DNA from: Phyllobates terribilis
Lineage: Eukaryota
Reading direction: 5' to 3'
Assembly: GCF_046119375.1 (NCBI RefSeq)
Contig: NW_027362764.1
Coordinates: 707,606,001-707,670,000 of the forward strand
Length of the DNA stretch: 64,000 nt
Shown here: one piece after another, positions 10,219 through 23,734 of the stretch
Layout: each line of letters opens with the position of its first letter
How positions within the stretch are numbered: the stretch's first letter is position 1
Made by a program: the position numbers and the translations under genes
The notes under the pieces: generated by a model
What the model saw: the letters and a program-made list of their open reading frames with translations, nothing else
Told to the model about the DNA's origin: nothing
Database searches by the model: none

Positions 10219-12169
10219 AGCAGAGGGGAGAGCTCCCCTTATTCATACATTGGACTAATAGCCAAATATAAGAAAAATATTGTGCTGTTTTGGCTACTAG
10301 AAGAACGGACATGTCACCATACTATAATTCACTTACTGAACATAGGACAGAACACTAATTCCATAAAAGTTGGGATGCATTGTAAAATGTAAAAACAACA
10401 ATAATGCATTGATTTGAAAATCTCTTATAGCCATATTTTGTTCCCAGCAGAACATATGACACTGATCAGAAGTTGAATGATAAACATTTTTCCACTTCAT
10501 TTAAAAAAATAAACTCATTCATTAAGAAAATGATGGCAGCAACACATTTCAAAAAAGTAAGAATAGGGTTATTAAAAGGGTGGAAAATCAACTAAATCAC
10601 ATGGCTTCGTATAAAAAAGAGCATGTTAGAGAGGCAGAGTCTCTCAGAAGCAAAGATGGTCAGAGGTTCACCAATTTGAGAACAACTGCGTCTAACAATA
10701 GTGGAACAATTTGAGAAAAATGTTCCTCAATGTAAAATAGCAAAGAATGAATATCCCACCATCTAGAGTACATAGCATCAAAAGATTCAGAGATTCTGGA
10801 GAAATCCATGTGCACAAGGGACAAAGAATTTGGTCAATATTGGATGCTCGTGAACTCAGGCAGACGTAAATTAAAAACAAACATTATTCAGTCGAGCAAA
10901 TCACGGCATGGGCTCAGGAATACTTCCAGAAATCATTGTAAATACAGTTCGTCGTGAAATCCACAAATGCAAGTTAAACTTCAATCGTGCAAAGAAGAAG
11001 CTATATATCAACACAATCCAGAAAAGCTGTTGTCTTCTCGGGGACTAAGGCAAAATGGAAAACTGTTTTGTGGTCAGATGAATCTGAATGCAAAATTCTT
11101 TATGGAAACTACGGGCACGGTGTCCGGTGGACTCAAGAAGGGAGGGACCATCCATCTTATGGCATGGGAAGCTTACATATCTTGAAAGGCACTACCAATA
11201 GTGAGGCTTATATAGAAGGTCTTAGAACAACATATGCTTCCATCCCGACAACATAAATTTTAGGGATGGCCTTGCATATTTCAGACAATGCTAAATCACA
11301 TGCGGCATCCATCACAACAGCATGGCACCACAGAAGAAAAGTTCAGGTGATGGAACGTCCGTCTGCAGTTCAGACCTTTCACCAACAGAAAACAATTGAT
11401 GTGTTATGAAATGAAAAATCCGGCAAAGAAGACACAGTACTAGTGATGAACGAACATGCTCGCCACTACTCGGTACTCACCCGAGCATCACGGTGCTCGA
11501 CAAGCTCGGCGAGTATTTCTGGGTTGCTCGGACGGGAACTTGGGTCCCCGCCCTGCATGTTTGGCGCTGTTTATAGAGGCAATGAACATGCAGGGATTGC
11601 TTGCCATGCACTGTAATGGAGTAACCATGTTGGTTGTGGCATTCCTGTAATTGGCTGGCCACATAGCGCCATCAAGTCTATTTAAGACCCGGTGACGCTA
11701 GGCTCGTCACAGTCTACCCCGGAAACAGATAGAGTAGGGAGAGCTGCTGCTGAGTCAGGGAGAGATTTGCTTGTTTATAGTTAGTAAAAGTATTCCACAG
11801 CATATCTATATATCCATCTGAACTAACTGTCCTTCTGAGGACTAATCCAGCTGCATATATTCAGTGGTGATAGCAGAAGTTAGGCAGGCAGGGTTTGTGG
11901 CAGACTGCAGTGCATACAGCACAAGAGGGTCCCCATTGCACATTCTATCTGCTGCTGCTGTTGTTACAGATATTAGTAGACATAGCCCCAGATATCAGGG
12001 GCCATGGCTAATTTTTTTTTATCTTAATCCTGATTATTTGCTTAAAAAGCAATCCAAAGTACACCATTTTTCTGCTCCATTTGCTTGTTAGCACTACAGA
12101 ATACAGCCAAATCTTTTCCATATTACAGGAATAAAAATCCAGAAATTTGTAGTGAACGTGAAAACTATT

Positions 12170-12620
12170 GGCCTCCATTTACAGTTTGTTGCAGTGTGTC
12201 AGTGAAGCTATTCACACGTGGTGGCTGTGAAGAATAGTAACCTACAGGCCCGCTATTTAAAACCGTAGTTTTCAGTCAGACGTATCACATATAACTGCGG
12301 TCCAAATTCAGCCATTTCTGGCCTCCATTTACATTTTGTTGCAGTGTGTCAGTGAAGCTATTCACATAAGGTCGCTGTGAAGAATAGTAACCTACAGGCC
12401 CGCTATTTAAAACCGTAGTTTTCAGTCAGACGTATCACATATAACTGAGGTCCAAATTCAGCCATTTCTGGCCTCCATTTACCTTTTGTTGCAGTGTGTC
12501 GTGAAGCTATTCACACGATGTCGTTGGGAAGAATAGTATTAGCAAAATACATGCCCGCTATTTAAAATCGTGGTTGTCCATCAGACGTATCACATATAAC
12601 TGGGGTTCAGATCCAGCCAT
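12170..12620. repeat. Three tandem 150-bp units inside the hAT
   Basis: GCCTCCATTTAC recurs at 12171, 12321 and 12471. Confidence 0.9.
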
Positions 12621-13154
12621 TTGTAGTGAATGTGAAAAATATTGTCTTCCATTTGAAATGGGCAAGGCGAGTGTGGCAAGGGACGGGGAAGTGAATGTGA
12701 TGGTGCATGCAGAGGCCGAGGCCGTGGGCAAGCAGAAATTGTGCCACAAAAACCACCCACATCTTGTCGCTTGACCTTCCTATCACAATTAATAGGGGAC
12801 CACAGAACACCACTAAGGAACACAGAGCAGTGTCAAAAGGTTGTTGGTTGGATAGCAGATAATGCTTCCAGTCACTTTGCCACCACCACCACCACCATGT
12901 CTTCCACACGGTCAAGTCTCAGTAGCCGTGAGTCTGGACCGAATATTCCTCACCCTGATCCTCTTTCCTCCCACCATGCCAAGTGCCGGGAGACAACTGA
13001 TCCCACACTTGGACACTCAGAAGAGCTGTTCACTTTTCCATTTATAGATTCAGGCCTCTCGCCCAGCCAGCTTCAAGTGGGTCAAGAGGAGAACACGTGT
13101 AGTAATGCCTAAATATTTGAGCAGCCACGGTCACACGAAGGCAACGGTTGGAAA

Positions 13155-15940
13155 GTGCAATTACTGTCGCAAGAGGTGGATGATGATGATGAGACACAAT
13201 TGCCAGAAAGTCAGGAGGAGGACCAGGGAGCGGAAGTGGAAGAAGAGGTGGTGGATGATATAGTAACTGACCCAACCTTGGAGGGGGACATGCAGAGCAA
13301 AGACAGCAGCACACAGGCGGAGGGTGGTGTAGCACCACAACAGGCAAGAAGAAGCAGTGTGGTGGCCACAGACAGAAGGTGGGAAAGTGTTCCCCGTAAC
13401 ACCAACACAACGGAAGTCGCCAGTACAACTGTTAGGTTTTCCCGAGTCTGGTTGTTTTTAAAGACTCTGCCGATAACCCCAAAAAGGCCATTTGCACCAC
13501 CTGCCAGGCCAGCATCAGCAGGGGTAGCAAAACTAGCAGCCTGACCACCACCAGCATGATCAGGCACATGACAGCAAAGCACCCCACTAAGTGGGCAGAA
13601 CCCCAGAGTCCACAAACAGTGTCTGCGGGTGACACCGCTGCTACTTCCGCTGTTGTGCATGCATGCCAATCCCCTGTCCATGGCGCATTCGAAGATGCCT
13701 CCTGCCCTGTACCTGTCGTTGCACACTCTAAACTAGCACCATCAGCAAGCACGTCCACGTCCTTGTCCCAGCACAGCATTCAGTTGTCCCTATCCCAGTC
13801 CTTGGAATGCCAGCGCAAATACACAGCCAACCCCCCAAAGGCCACACTACTAAATTCACACATTTCGCAAATGCTTGAGCTCGAAATGTTGCCTTTTAGG
13901 CTCGTGGAGACGGAACTTTCCGCAACCTGATTGCAGCGGCCGTCTCTTGGTACTCGGTCCCCAGCCACCACTATTTTTCCTGGTGTGCCATCCAGGCATT
14001 ACACAAGCACGTGTCCCCACAACATTAGCCATGCCCTCAACAACGCAGTTACTGAGAAAGTCCACCTAACCATGGAAACGTGGACAAGTGCTTGTGGAAA
14101 GAGACGGTACATCTCACTGATGGCACACTTAGTTAATGTAGTGGAAGCTGGGACCCAGTTGGACCTTGGGATGGAACACGTCCTCCCGATGCCAAGGTTT
14201 GTGGGCCATGGGTCAATCAGGGTTGCCCCCACATTCTACAGCTCCTGCACCTCCTCCTCCTCCTCCTCTTCAGCCCCCATCTCCGAAATGACCACATCAG
14301 TCACAAGCTGGAAGCACTGCAGCACTGTCTCAGCCAAGCGGCAACAGGCTGTGCTGAAGCTAATATGCTTAGGTGACAAATTGCACAATGCTGAAGAGTT
14401 GTGGACATCTCTGAAAGAGCAGGCAGATCCTGTGGCTGACACCACTGAACCTACAGCCAGGCATGGTCATGTGTGACAATGGCTGGAACCTGGTGGCAGC
14501 TCTGAAGTGAGGCCAGCTCAAACACAAACCATGCCTGGCTTATGTGCTTAACCTCGCGGTTCAACGTTTTCTCAAAACCTACCCAGAGCTGCCAGATCTG
14601 CTTGTCAAAGTATGCCACGTGTGTGCCCATTTTAGAAAGTCAGCTACAGGTTCTGCCGCCCTTGACCTGCTTCACCAGCGTTTGCAGCTTCCAGCTCACC
14701 GAATGGTGTGCGATGTCCCCACGCCTTGGAACTCTACATTGCAGATGTTGGGAAGGATCTGTGAGCAGAAGAGGGCAGTTGTTGACTATCAGCATCAACA
14801 CGGCCGTCGGTATTCAGGTCAGACTCCACACATAAGACTTCAGGAGTGGACATGGATTTTAGACATATGTACCATCCTCCAAAACTTTGAGGACTCCACC
14901 AAGATGGTGAGCGGCGATGACCCCAGAATTAGCGTCACCATCCCGCTTCTCTGTCTTCTGAAACACTCTCTGCTCACAAGAGGATGCATTGCAGGCGGAG
15001 TACGATGAGATGGAGAAAGGAACCATACAGGGTGATTCCACACAGCCCAGCCTCGTCTCATCCCAACATGGACTGGGTGACAATGAGGAAGAGGAAAACA
15101 GGAGCTAGATTCCTATGCTAGACAGTACTACCTGCACAACTGTCATACCGTCTGTTCAGCGTGGATGGCCTGAGGACAGGGAGGGGGAAGAGGAGGAGGA
15201 GAGAATGGTCAGTCGTCCTCTTGGTGAGGACACAGAAGTCATGCCTCTACAGTCTGGCACACATGGCTGAGTTTATGTTACGCTGCCTTTTCCGTGACCC
15301 TCGCGTTATCCAATTTTTGGTAGACAGTCATTACTGGTTGGTGACACTTCTAGACCCATGCTACAAGGAGAACTTTCTATCTCTTATTCCCACAGCGGAT
15401 AGGCCTAATAAAATGGGGCAGTACCAGAAGAGCCTTGTTGAGGAATTACTAAAAATATTCCCATCTGAAAACGCTGGCGGCAGAGGTCACAGTTCGTTGG
15501 ACAACCAAGGAGTACAGGCGAGAGAGACACAAATCCAATCCAGCAGAGGCAGGGGAACACTGTCAAAGTTCTGGGACAGTTTTTTCAGACCCTCCCATCG
15601 AACAGGCCCTGATGCGAGGGATACTCGCACAAGGAAGGAAAAGTTTGGGAAGATGCAGAGGGAGTACCTTGGCGACCGTACCAATGTCCTCCGTAATTCC
15701 TCTGTGACTTATATTATTGGGTATCCAAGCTGGACATGTGGCATGAACTGGCTCTCTACGCCCTGGAGGTCCTGGCCTGCCATGCCGCTAGCGTTTTGTC
15801 AGAGTGGGTTTTTAGTGTCGCTGGTGGAATTATAACCTATAGGCGCATCCGCTTGTCAACTGAAAATGCTGACAGGCTGACTCTTATAAAAATGAACAAG
15901 GGCTGGATTGGGCCAGACTTCTCAACACCACCGAATGATA
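13155..15940 (+). pseudogene. hAT (ZBED-like) transposase, frameshifted, with stops
   Basis: Broken BED finger (RHMTAKHP), ETWTSACGKRRYISL, CDVPTPWNSTLQML and C-terminal dimerisation motif ELALYALEVLACHAASVLSEWVFSVAG. Confidence 0.88.
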
Positions 15941-16459
15941 CAAAATACGGAGGCCATTGAGTTCATAATTCTCATTAAAACATAATATTATATTAAGTAA
16001 TATATTAAAAACATTACATACTCAAGTACAAAAAAATAGAAATATATATGAAGCTAGACAGTATAAATACCCAGTATATGGGCAAGAGGAATCCACTTGA
16101 CAACAGGGAGTATATTAGTAGCAATGTTTTACAGCAAGTTAAAGGACAGCATACAAGGTAACGCAGTAGTATTATAAAGTCCCATATGCGCCACCTAATG
16201 GGCGATGTGTGCGGGGAACTAAAGATCCCAGCGCATACAGCCTCCCATGTAAAATGTCAGCAAGTGCCTGGTAGCACACAGGGAAATGAAGCAGATACAG
16301 AAATTTACTAGCGGTTCTATGCTGTATGGTAATATTAACTGAAACCAATGCCACAGACAAATCAAAAGACCAATGTCTAGTATTTAATAAAAAAAGATAA
16401 TTTCATTACCCATAGTCAGGTGCCAAGGAGAGCCTCCAACCCAGACCTACCACCATCTG
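15941..16459. mobile_element. Unidentified 519-bp insertion at the end of the hAT transposase
   Basis: Flanked by ACCACCGAATGATA (15927-15940) and ACCACTGAATGATA (16460-16473), a 14-bp TSD-like duplication. Confidence 0.6.
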
Positions 16460-16639
16460 ACCACTGAATGATAGCAGCGTAACAAACTCAAATACAGTGT
16501 CTTTTTTTGGGAGGTCTAACTCTATTCCCATGCACCTGTCTTCACACCCAGACATGGGTATACGCTTCCTGATTTTGTCTATTTGCTCCTGTCCTCCTCC
16601 TTCTCATCATCCTCCACCACCATATCACCACCATATCTA

Positions 16640-17300
16640 CCATATCTATGTCTCTTGCAAGGGGCATTGGAGTGCCTCCAATTTTTTGGCAGCCGTTGCA
16701 GTAACTGCATAGGCAAACAGTATGGGAGACCCACTTCCTAATAATAGGAACATTTTTTTCCAGAGGCCCTCCTCCATGTCTCTTGCAAGGGGAATTGGAG
16801 TGCCTCCAAATTATTGGCAGCCGTTGCATTAACTGCATAGGTAAACAGTATGGGAGACCCACTTCCTAATAATTTGAATTTTTTTTTCATGAGGCCCTCC
16901 GACCTCTGTCTCATGCAAGGGGCATTGGAGTGTATGAGACCCACCTCTATGTGTCTTTAAATTGTTATTGGGGTTTTTCCTAAATTTTGGCAGGCGATGT
17001 ACTCACTGCATACCCTATAACTGTATAGCAGACCCGCTCCTTTCTAATGGGAACATGTCATACTCGTTACTGAGGCCCACGTCTATGTGTCTTTAAATTG
17101 TTATTGGGGTTTTTCCCAAATTTTTGCAGCCCTTGCAGTCACTTCATGGGCATTACCACTATAGAAGACCCACTCATTTATAATGGGCACATTTTTTTTA
17201 CTGAGGCCCTCCTCTATGTCTCTTCAAAAGGGTATTGGGGTGCATCCAAATTTTTGGCAACCCTTGCAGTCACTGCATATGCAATAACAGTATAAGAGAC
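16640..17300. repeat. Degenerate 110-130-bp repeats in the hAT 3' region
   Basis: Recurrent TCTCTTGCAAGGGGCATTGGAGTG, TTTTTGGCAGCC and GGAGACCCAC motifs. Confidence 0.75.
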
Positions 17301-18781
17301 CCTATACTGTCCCTATATGTCGTTAATAATGGGAGCAACAAAGAATAGCCGGCAGATGGCTCTATAACAATAGTGAGGGCTGACTGCTGGCCCTTTAAGA
17401 ATAGTAAGGGCCGCCTGATTGCCCTACAAAAATAGTCTTTGTGACTTTCAGAGTCCCTCCTTCATAAATGAAACAGGATGTGTCTGATCATGTCTCACAC
17501 ACCACATGGCCAGATAAGGTACTAAAATGTTAAAATGACACTTCCCGGAGAATGTATTTTTCACCATTGAAAGCAATGCAAAAGTGCAAAAATGCTAAGT
17601 GTGAACATAGCCCAAGGTGTGGAGGAGCATTTTTGGTTTTGGCTATTTATTCTGTCTTATATACAAGTTACTTAACATATTTCCCAGGAAAATCCATTTT
17701 GGTTTAGTTTTCGTACGTTTTATTGTGAGTCCGTAAAAGTGGCGTAATACTCTGACAACATTGTTGACAGCAGTGACCTGGGAGTCACAGATGTTTCCAG
17801 GGGGCTTCCCCATGATGTTCCTATGTCATTTGAGCACTGTTCCCATTGATTTGGGCTATTTTTAGGCCCTCTGCAGATCGACGGGGAGGGGGAGGTGCCA
17901 GAAAAATGCTCAAGTTTCCCATAGACTTACATTGGGCTCGGTGCTCGTCGAGCACTCGAGTATTCCAATTTGCTCGACTCGAGCAACGAGTACCCGAGCA
18001 TTTTAGTGCTCGCTCATCACTACACAGGACTACTGAGCAAGAAGAATCCTACATCAGCGAAGAATGGGACGACTTTCCAGTCCCAAAACTCCAGTAATTG
18101 GTGTCCATTTATAGACAGTTGTAAAAAAAAAAAGAGGAGATGCTACACAATAGTAGACATGGCCCTGTCCCAACTTTTTAGAGATGTGTTTCTGCCATCA
18201 ATTTCTAAAGGAGTTAATGTGTTCAAATACTGTAAAATAGATAATGTCTAATTTTCATCTTCCGATCTGTATTCTATCTCCCGTTGTAAATAAATTTCTC
18301 ATAGAGAACACAGGAGCGCTCAGTTGATCGAGCACACCTGTGTATGGGAGAGAGGGCCGAGATGGCTGTCGGCAGAAGCATTGTTCATCCGACGGCCATC
18401 TAATGTGTATGGCCGGCTTCAAGGTGGCTCGTAGGTTAGTATAGCAGCAGGGCTATATTAGGTTGTGCTGAAGTTTTCATTAGTTTGACAAGCTGTGTTA
18501 CAAATTTTCAGAGAATGTGGATGCACTAGAGCAGAGGTCCCCAACCGCCGGTCCACGGACCAGGACCGGGCCGTTGGGGTTTTTCAGCCGGTCCGCGGCA
18601 CCGCCACAGACAATCACTAAACATTGACAGTGTGCTCTGGTCTGCGGTGGCTCAGAGCACACTGTGTGGGGTGGATGCTGCCCGCTGTTCTAGACTCCCG
18701 CAGGGTAGACCTGTAGAGGACCTGTGATGACATCAAGGTACATAACTGTGATGTCACCACAGGTCCTGAAGCAGGATGAAG

Positions 18782-19957
18782 CAGGGGCGGAACTACCGCC
18801 CGTGCAGCCGGTTCATTGAACGGGGGCCCCGAGGGAGAGGGGGCCCCTCCAGCCTCCAGCAGGGCCGCCATCAGGGCATGACTGCCCTGACTCCAGTATG
18901 GGGCCCGGCCGGTAGGAGCCCCCTCGGAGCCCCCCTCTTGTGCGTCTCTCTCCTCATGGGGCCCCCGGCCCCATGCAAAGCGCCGGGTCCAGGACATCTC
19001 ATAATTCCTCTGACTTCCGGTCATGTGACGGCGCCGTCACATGACCGGAAGGCAGGAGAACCTGGTGTCAGCGATTTGGACGAGCGCCAGGATTCTGCAG
19101 GGATCGCATGGGGGTAAGTATAACAAGTTTCATTTTTTTTTAAATACAATTAACTAGGAGTGGGGGGAATGGGAGATGCACATGGGGGGAGGGGAGAGAT
19201 GAGAGATCCACATGGGGGGGAGGGGAGAGATGAGAGATGCACATGGGGGGAGGGGAGAGATGAGAGATGCACATGGGGGAGGGGAGAGATGAGAGATCCA
19301 CATGGGGGGGAGGGGAGAGATGAGAGATGCACATGGGGGGGAGGGGAGAGATGAGAGATGCACATGGGGGGGAGGGGAGAGATGAGAGATGCACATGGGG
19401 GGAGGGGAGAGATGAGAGATGCACATGGGGGGAGGGGAGATATGAGAGATGCACATGGGGGGAGGGGAGAGATGAGAGATGCACATGGGGGAGGGGAGAG
19501 ATGAGAGATGCACATGGGGGGAGGGGAGATATGAGAGATGCACATGGGGGAGGGGAGAGATGCACATGGGGGGAGGGGAGAGATGAGAGATGCACGGGGG
19601 GGTGAGAGATGCACGGGGGGGATGAGAGATGCACGGGGGGATGAGAGATGCACGGAGGGGATGAGAGATGCACGGGGGGGTGAGAGATGCACGGAGGGGA
19701 TGAGAGATGCACGGGGGGTGGATGAGAGATGCACGGGGGGGTGAGAGATGCACGGAGGGGATGAGAGATGCACGGGGGGTGGATGAGAGATGCACGGGGG
19801 GGTGAGAGATGCACGGAGGGGGATGAGAGATGCACGGGGGGTGAGAGATGCACATGGGGGGGTTATGTTTACATAACTTTGTTGCCTTATGAAGGGCGGG
19901 GGGGGGCCCCCAAAAATTTCTTGCACAGGGCCCCACTACAGTCTGTGTCCGCCCCTG
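18782..19957. mobile_element. Second non-autonomous hAT nested in the first
   Basis: TIRs CAGGGGCGGA / TCCGCCCCTG; perfect 8-bp TSD GGATGAAG. Confidence 0.88.
19170..19860. repeat. G-rich minisatellite
   Basis: About 29-30-nt unit GGGGGAGGGGAGAGATGAGAGATGCACAT changing to about 19-21-nt GGGGGGTGAGAGATGCAC. Confidence 0.95.
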
Positions 19958-20502
19958 GGATGAAGTAAATGCAGCTGAACAGCAGCTGTCAGGACAGCTG
20001 CCCTGTCCTGCTGCAGGGCGTGATGGGGCCTCAGTGATGCGGCTCCTGGCACAGCACATTATGTGGGGCTCCTGGCATAGCTCCTGGCGGGGACCTGGTC
20101 TACACTATATAAGTATGCACTAAACTCCAAATCCCTCCATTACCCCGCCCCCATATGACCAAAGCCCCGCCCACCCCACCCCCTCCTTGCTGGGCCATGG
20201 AAAAATGATGTTGCTTCAAGCCGGTCCCTGGTGCAAAAAAGGTTGGGGACCACTGCACTAGAGAAATCGTGGGAGATGATTCTGTGAGGGGCAGACTAAA
20301 GAAGAGCAAAGATAGAGGTCTTGCGAGGAACAGGAATTAAGTGTGGGGAGCTCAGGGATGTCTTGAAGAGACAGCTGACAAATAAGGCTATAAGGGTACG
20401 AGAAAGAAAACCATAGGTTCAAAGAAAGTGGAAATCATAGACACTGAAATGGTGACCTTTCTCCAAGAAATCTTCCAAGCAACCACCCTTGTCCCTCAGA
20501 AG

Positions 20503-21537
20503 TGTTACACCCAATGGTGGCGCAAGTGGATTTGTGGACCCATTGTGCCACTGGGCGGGCCTGCCTAGGTAGGGGCGTAGTTAAGCGGCTACCTGGTGTT
20601 CACTGCAGCTCCTGAGGGTGGAGACAGGCTGGGCTGCAGGTAGCTGCCAGGTACTACTCCAAGGCAGATCCTGGTACTGCAGCAGCTGACCCCAAGGATC
20701 AAGTTAACTGACACAGACTTAGGTTCCGTTCAGACTAATAGGTTCAGCATCACTGCAGAAGGATTACTGACATGGAGACTCAGACAGGTACTTCAGAGAT
20801 AGGTTGTAGAAGTCCGGATACATGGGATACTCGGATAGGGAAACGTTCAGATACTGGTTGCATCGGGACCAGAGGACTTCAGGAACAGGACTGACGCACC
20901 AGGACCAGGGGACAATGTTCAGGCCTGGCCACATCGGGACCAGGGGACTTCAAGGACAGGTCTGGCCGGACCAGGACCAGGGGACAATGTTCATGCACTG
21001 GCCGCACCAGGACAAGGGGACTTCGGGAACAGGACTGGCCACACCAGGACCGAGGACAATATTCAGGCACTTGCTTAACTGGAACCAGAAGACTTTGGGA
21101 ACAGGGCTGGCCGCACCAGGACCACGGATTAGGGTTCAGGATTCTGGCCGCACCGGGACCAGAGGATCTAACAACTCACTAGTAAGGGAAACTACACACT
21201 AATGAATGTTGTTGGTTCGGCAACTCCCTACTGAAGAGGGACTCTTATATACAAGATGCCTCCCAGCAGTTGGCTGGGAGCCATCTTGCAGGTGTACTCA
21301 GATACTAAATGCCTCCCATCTATTCGCTGGGGGCATTTTACTATGTGCGCACTGCCCCTTTAAGAATGGGGGAGTGCGCACGCACACTAGATGCGCTGAC
21401 AGGAAGTGTGGCATGCACAAGCAGGAGACATGTCAGCAGAAGGGGATCACGCCGCGGAGCTTGAGCAGTGAGTATGCCAGCATCGCTGCATGGAGGGGGA
21501 AGGGAAACCATGCAGGGGCGCTGGCAATAGTGTTACA
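20503..21537. mobile_element. Solo LTR (1035 bp)
   Basis: TGTTAC...GTTACA ends; perfect 5-bp TSD AGAAG; internal GGCCGCACCAGGACCA tandem repeats at about 20860-21160. Confidence 0.8.
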
Positions 21538-22430
21538 AGAAGAACCTGAGTCTGCACAGCTTATCCCAGTTTCTTGAAAGGGGTAGTATAGCAGCTTTTG
21601 TACACTCATAGGTTCTTAATTTTTTTTGCAAATATTCCAAAGTGTGGGGAAAGGCAGAATCTATTAATGGTCCCCATTAATGGCGATATGGAACATGAAT
21701 TGGCCGGTTGGCTGACTCTTTATGGATCTTTATTTCTACAACATATAGGATGTTCATCAGAAATGTATGTACAGTTACACAATCACATGCAAAATCACAA
21801 AAGTAGGGAAAAAAGGGTAACTTCACTGGGTGGAACACGATTGACACCCCAATCCTCAGTAATGTATGAAGTTTGCAGTGCTTTTCATCCACGCACTAAC
21901 GTCATCAATCCCCAGAACAGTGGAAATGTCTGGAAAAACACATTTAACCACATTTCATCCAAGAGAATAAGAGATCGCTGCCTGATTATTCCAGGAATGA
22001 CTTCCAAGCCAGAAAAGCAAAGGAAAATTATTATTATTTTTAATAAGTAAAACTGTTAAACAGTGCTGAAAGGAAGACCGCAAAATATAGGCTTCAATGT
22101 ATAATGACATCATCAGATTCCTGAAGTGCTGTAAAAATATCATTATGGCTGGTTGAAAAATATAATTACACTGGTTTCCACTGTGCTCAGTCTCATGTGG
22201 TAGGAGATTTTTCAGGTGGTGGATTATCTTTCATTTAATACAGGCTCCCTTTCCTTTCTTCATCAAGAATATGGTGCCATGTTAAAAGGACCTACATCAA
22301 GCAGTGACCATATACATGGAGTGACCTTTTTAGAAGTTCCAAGTATGAGATCATAGTGATAATCATAGCACTGAAAAAGTCTATGATTCTGATAAAAAAT
22401 CACCATGTAATTCCAAACTAACATGTATTT

Positions 22431-23660
22431 GGGCAGCACGGTGGCTCAGTGGTAAACACTGTAGCCTTGAGGTGGGGTCCTGGATTCAAAACCCCCCAAG
22501 GACAAGTACGGAGTTCTCCCCATGTTTGTGTGGGTTTCCTTTGGATTCTCCAGTTACCTTTCACACTCCAAAGACACATAGATGGGGAATCTAGATTGTG
22601 ACCTCCATTGGGAATGGTTATAATAAAGTGCTGCGTGCAACGCTGGTGGGTGTGGACCACTGCGCATTGGGCCAGGCTTCCCGTCTACCGGGTCTTCATT
22701 GTAGCTTTTGGGCTGACAGGAAGCATGACATGACAAATAGGCTCTGCCAGGGGTTGTCATCAATGGAGGAAACAACCAGGGGACAAACAAGCTATTGCGC
22801 AGGAAGCTTAAGCTGATGAATCAGGTCAGGATGGATGAGATTGGCAATGGATCTGGAGTCAGAATGGGCTGCCGCAGAGAAAAGCCTCTTGCCACAAACC
22901 AAGGGTGACTTGGGTCAAAAGTTTTGGAGAGCTACCTCTCCCATCAAGGGTCATCTCTGTCCCAAGGCACTGGAGGCCTCTGGGCGTCACTGGGCACGGA
23001 CGAATATAATGTCAGTCGCTACATTCATACATTGTCATGATACCTTTGCTGTTGCTCTTTTTCAGAGGGTTTGGCTTGCTTTAATTGCATTGGCTCTACA
23101 GCAGGAGGTGGAGCTTGCAGCATCAAAGGGTACTGGAAGGTTAGAATCGACCTGAGAGGTTTCTCAAAAAAGAAGACTCTTGAGCCTGTTCTAGAGCTTG
23201 CTCATGTAAACCGAGATCAATCCTAGTTGTGAGGTGTATAAGGGCATCCAGAGAGGATGGTAGATCTTTGCCTGCCAACTCATCCTTGATACTACCAGAC
23301 AGGCCCTGCCAGAAGGTTGCAACCAGGGCTTCTAGGAACCAACATTCGGGCAAGGAGTGGTGGGAGGAGTTGCCTAATAAAGAGCCTGCTAGCACAGTAT
23401 AAGCCGGGGAACCTGATCCTTGCAGGACACAGCAGTTTTAAATTCTTGCAGAGACCTGCCCCGCCCCCCAAAAGCCAAATGGAAACACATTCAGATAAAG
23501 CAGTGTGGAGTGCTGCAAGAGGCAAAATTCTGTGAACCGCTTGAAGCGAGGAGAAGCTGCATGGTGACCAAGGTGAGCGGTGCGGTGCTGAGAAGGCATG
23601 CGGGTTACTGCCGTGATACTGTGGAATATAATGGCGCTATATAAGGTAGTAGAATAAATA
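22431..23660 (+). mobile_element. tRNA-derived SINE (V-SINE-like) split by an LTR-element remnant
   Basis: A-box TGGCTCAGTGG, B-box-like GATTCAAAACC; tail GAATATAATGGCGCTATATA resumes after 23623; homologous to 44917-45168. Confidence 0.7.
22636..23618 (-). mobile_element. Internally deleted Gypsy remnant
   Basis: Minus-strand gag fragment FWQGLSGSIKDELAGKDLPSSLDALIHLTTRID; TG...TA ends; TSD CTGCG / CTGTG. Confidence 0.7.
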
Positions 23661-23734
23661 TTGGATACTGTTTAATTAGCTTTTTTCTTGCCATTATACA
23701 AATTCTAACAGTCTATTCAGTAGGACTATCAGCT

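Larger units (their letters stand above)
11441..18022 (+). mobile_element. hAT DNA transposon, 6.58 kb, defective
   Basis: TIRs TAGTGATGAACGAAC / GCTCGCTCATCACTA; 8-bp TSD CACAGTAC / CACAGGAC; internal transposase fragments. Confidence 0.9.
10350..18250 (+). mobile_element. Degenerate Tc1 transposon split by the hAT insertion (10350-11440 and 18023-about 18250)
   Basis: KWKTVLWSDESECK before the insertion and EQEESYISEEWDDFPVPKLQ after it; AAAAGTTGGGA / TCCCAACTTTT inverted motifs. Confidence 0.8.
18532..20255. mobile_element. Non-autonomous hAT element
   Basis: TIRs CAGAGGTCCCCAACC / GGTTGGGGACCACTG; perfect 8-bp TSD CACTAGAG. Confidence 0.9.

Noticed and set aside
12170-12620. CRISPR-like array (also considered 20860-21160)
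   Set aside because: Whole units repeat without unique spacers; eukaryotic context; no cas genes
19140-20059. Long Pro/His/Ser-rich ORFs
   Set aside because: Stop-free by-products of the minisatellite
21598-22050. 150-aa ORF
   Set aside because: Non-ATG start, no recognisable motif, no splice context
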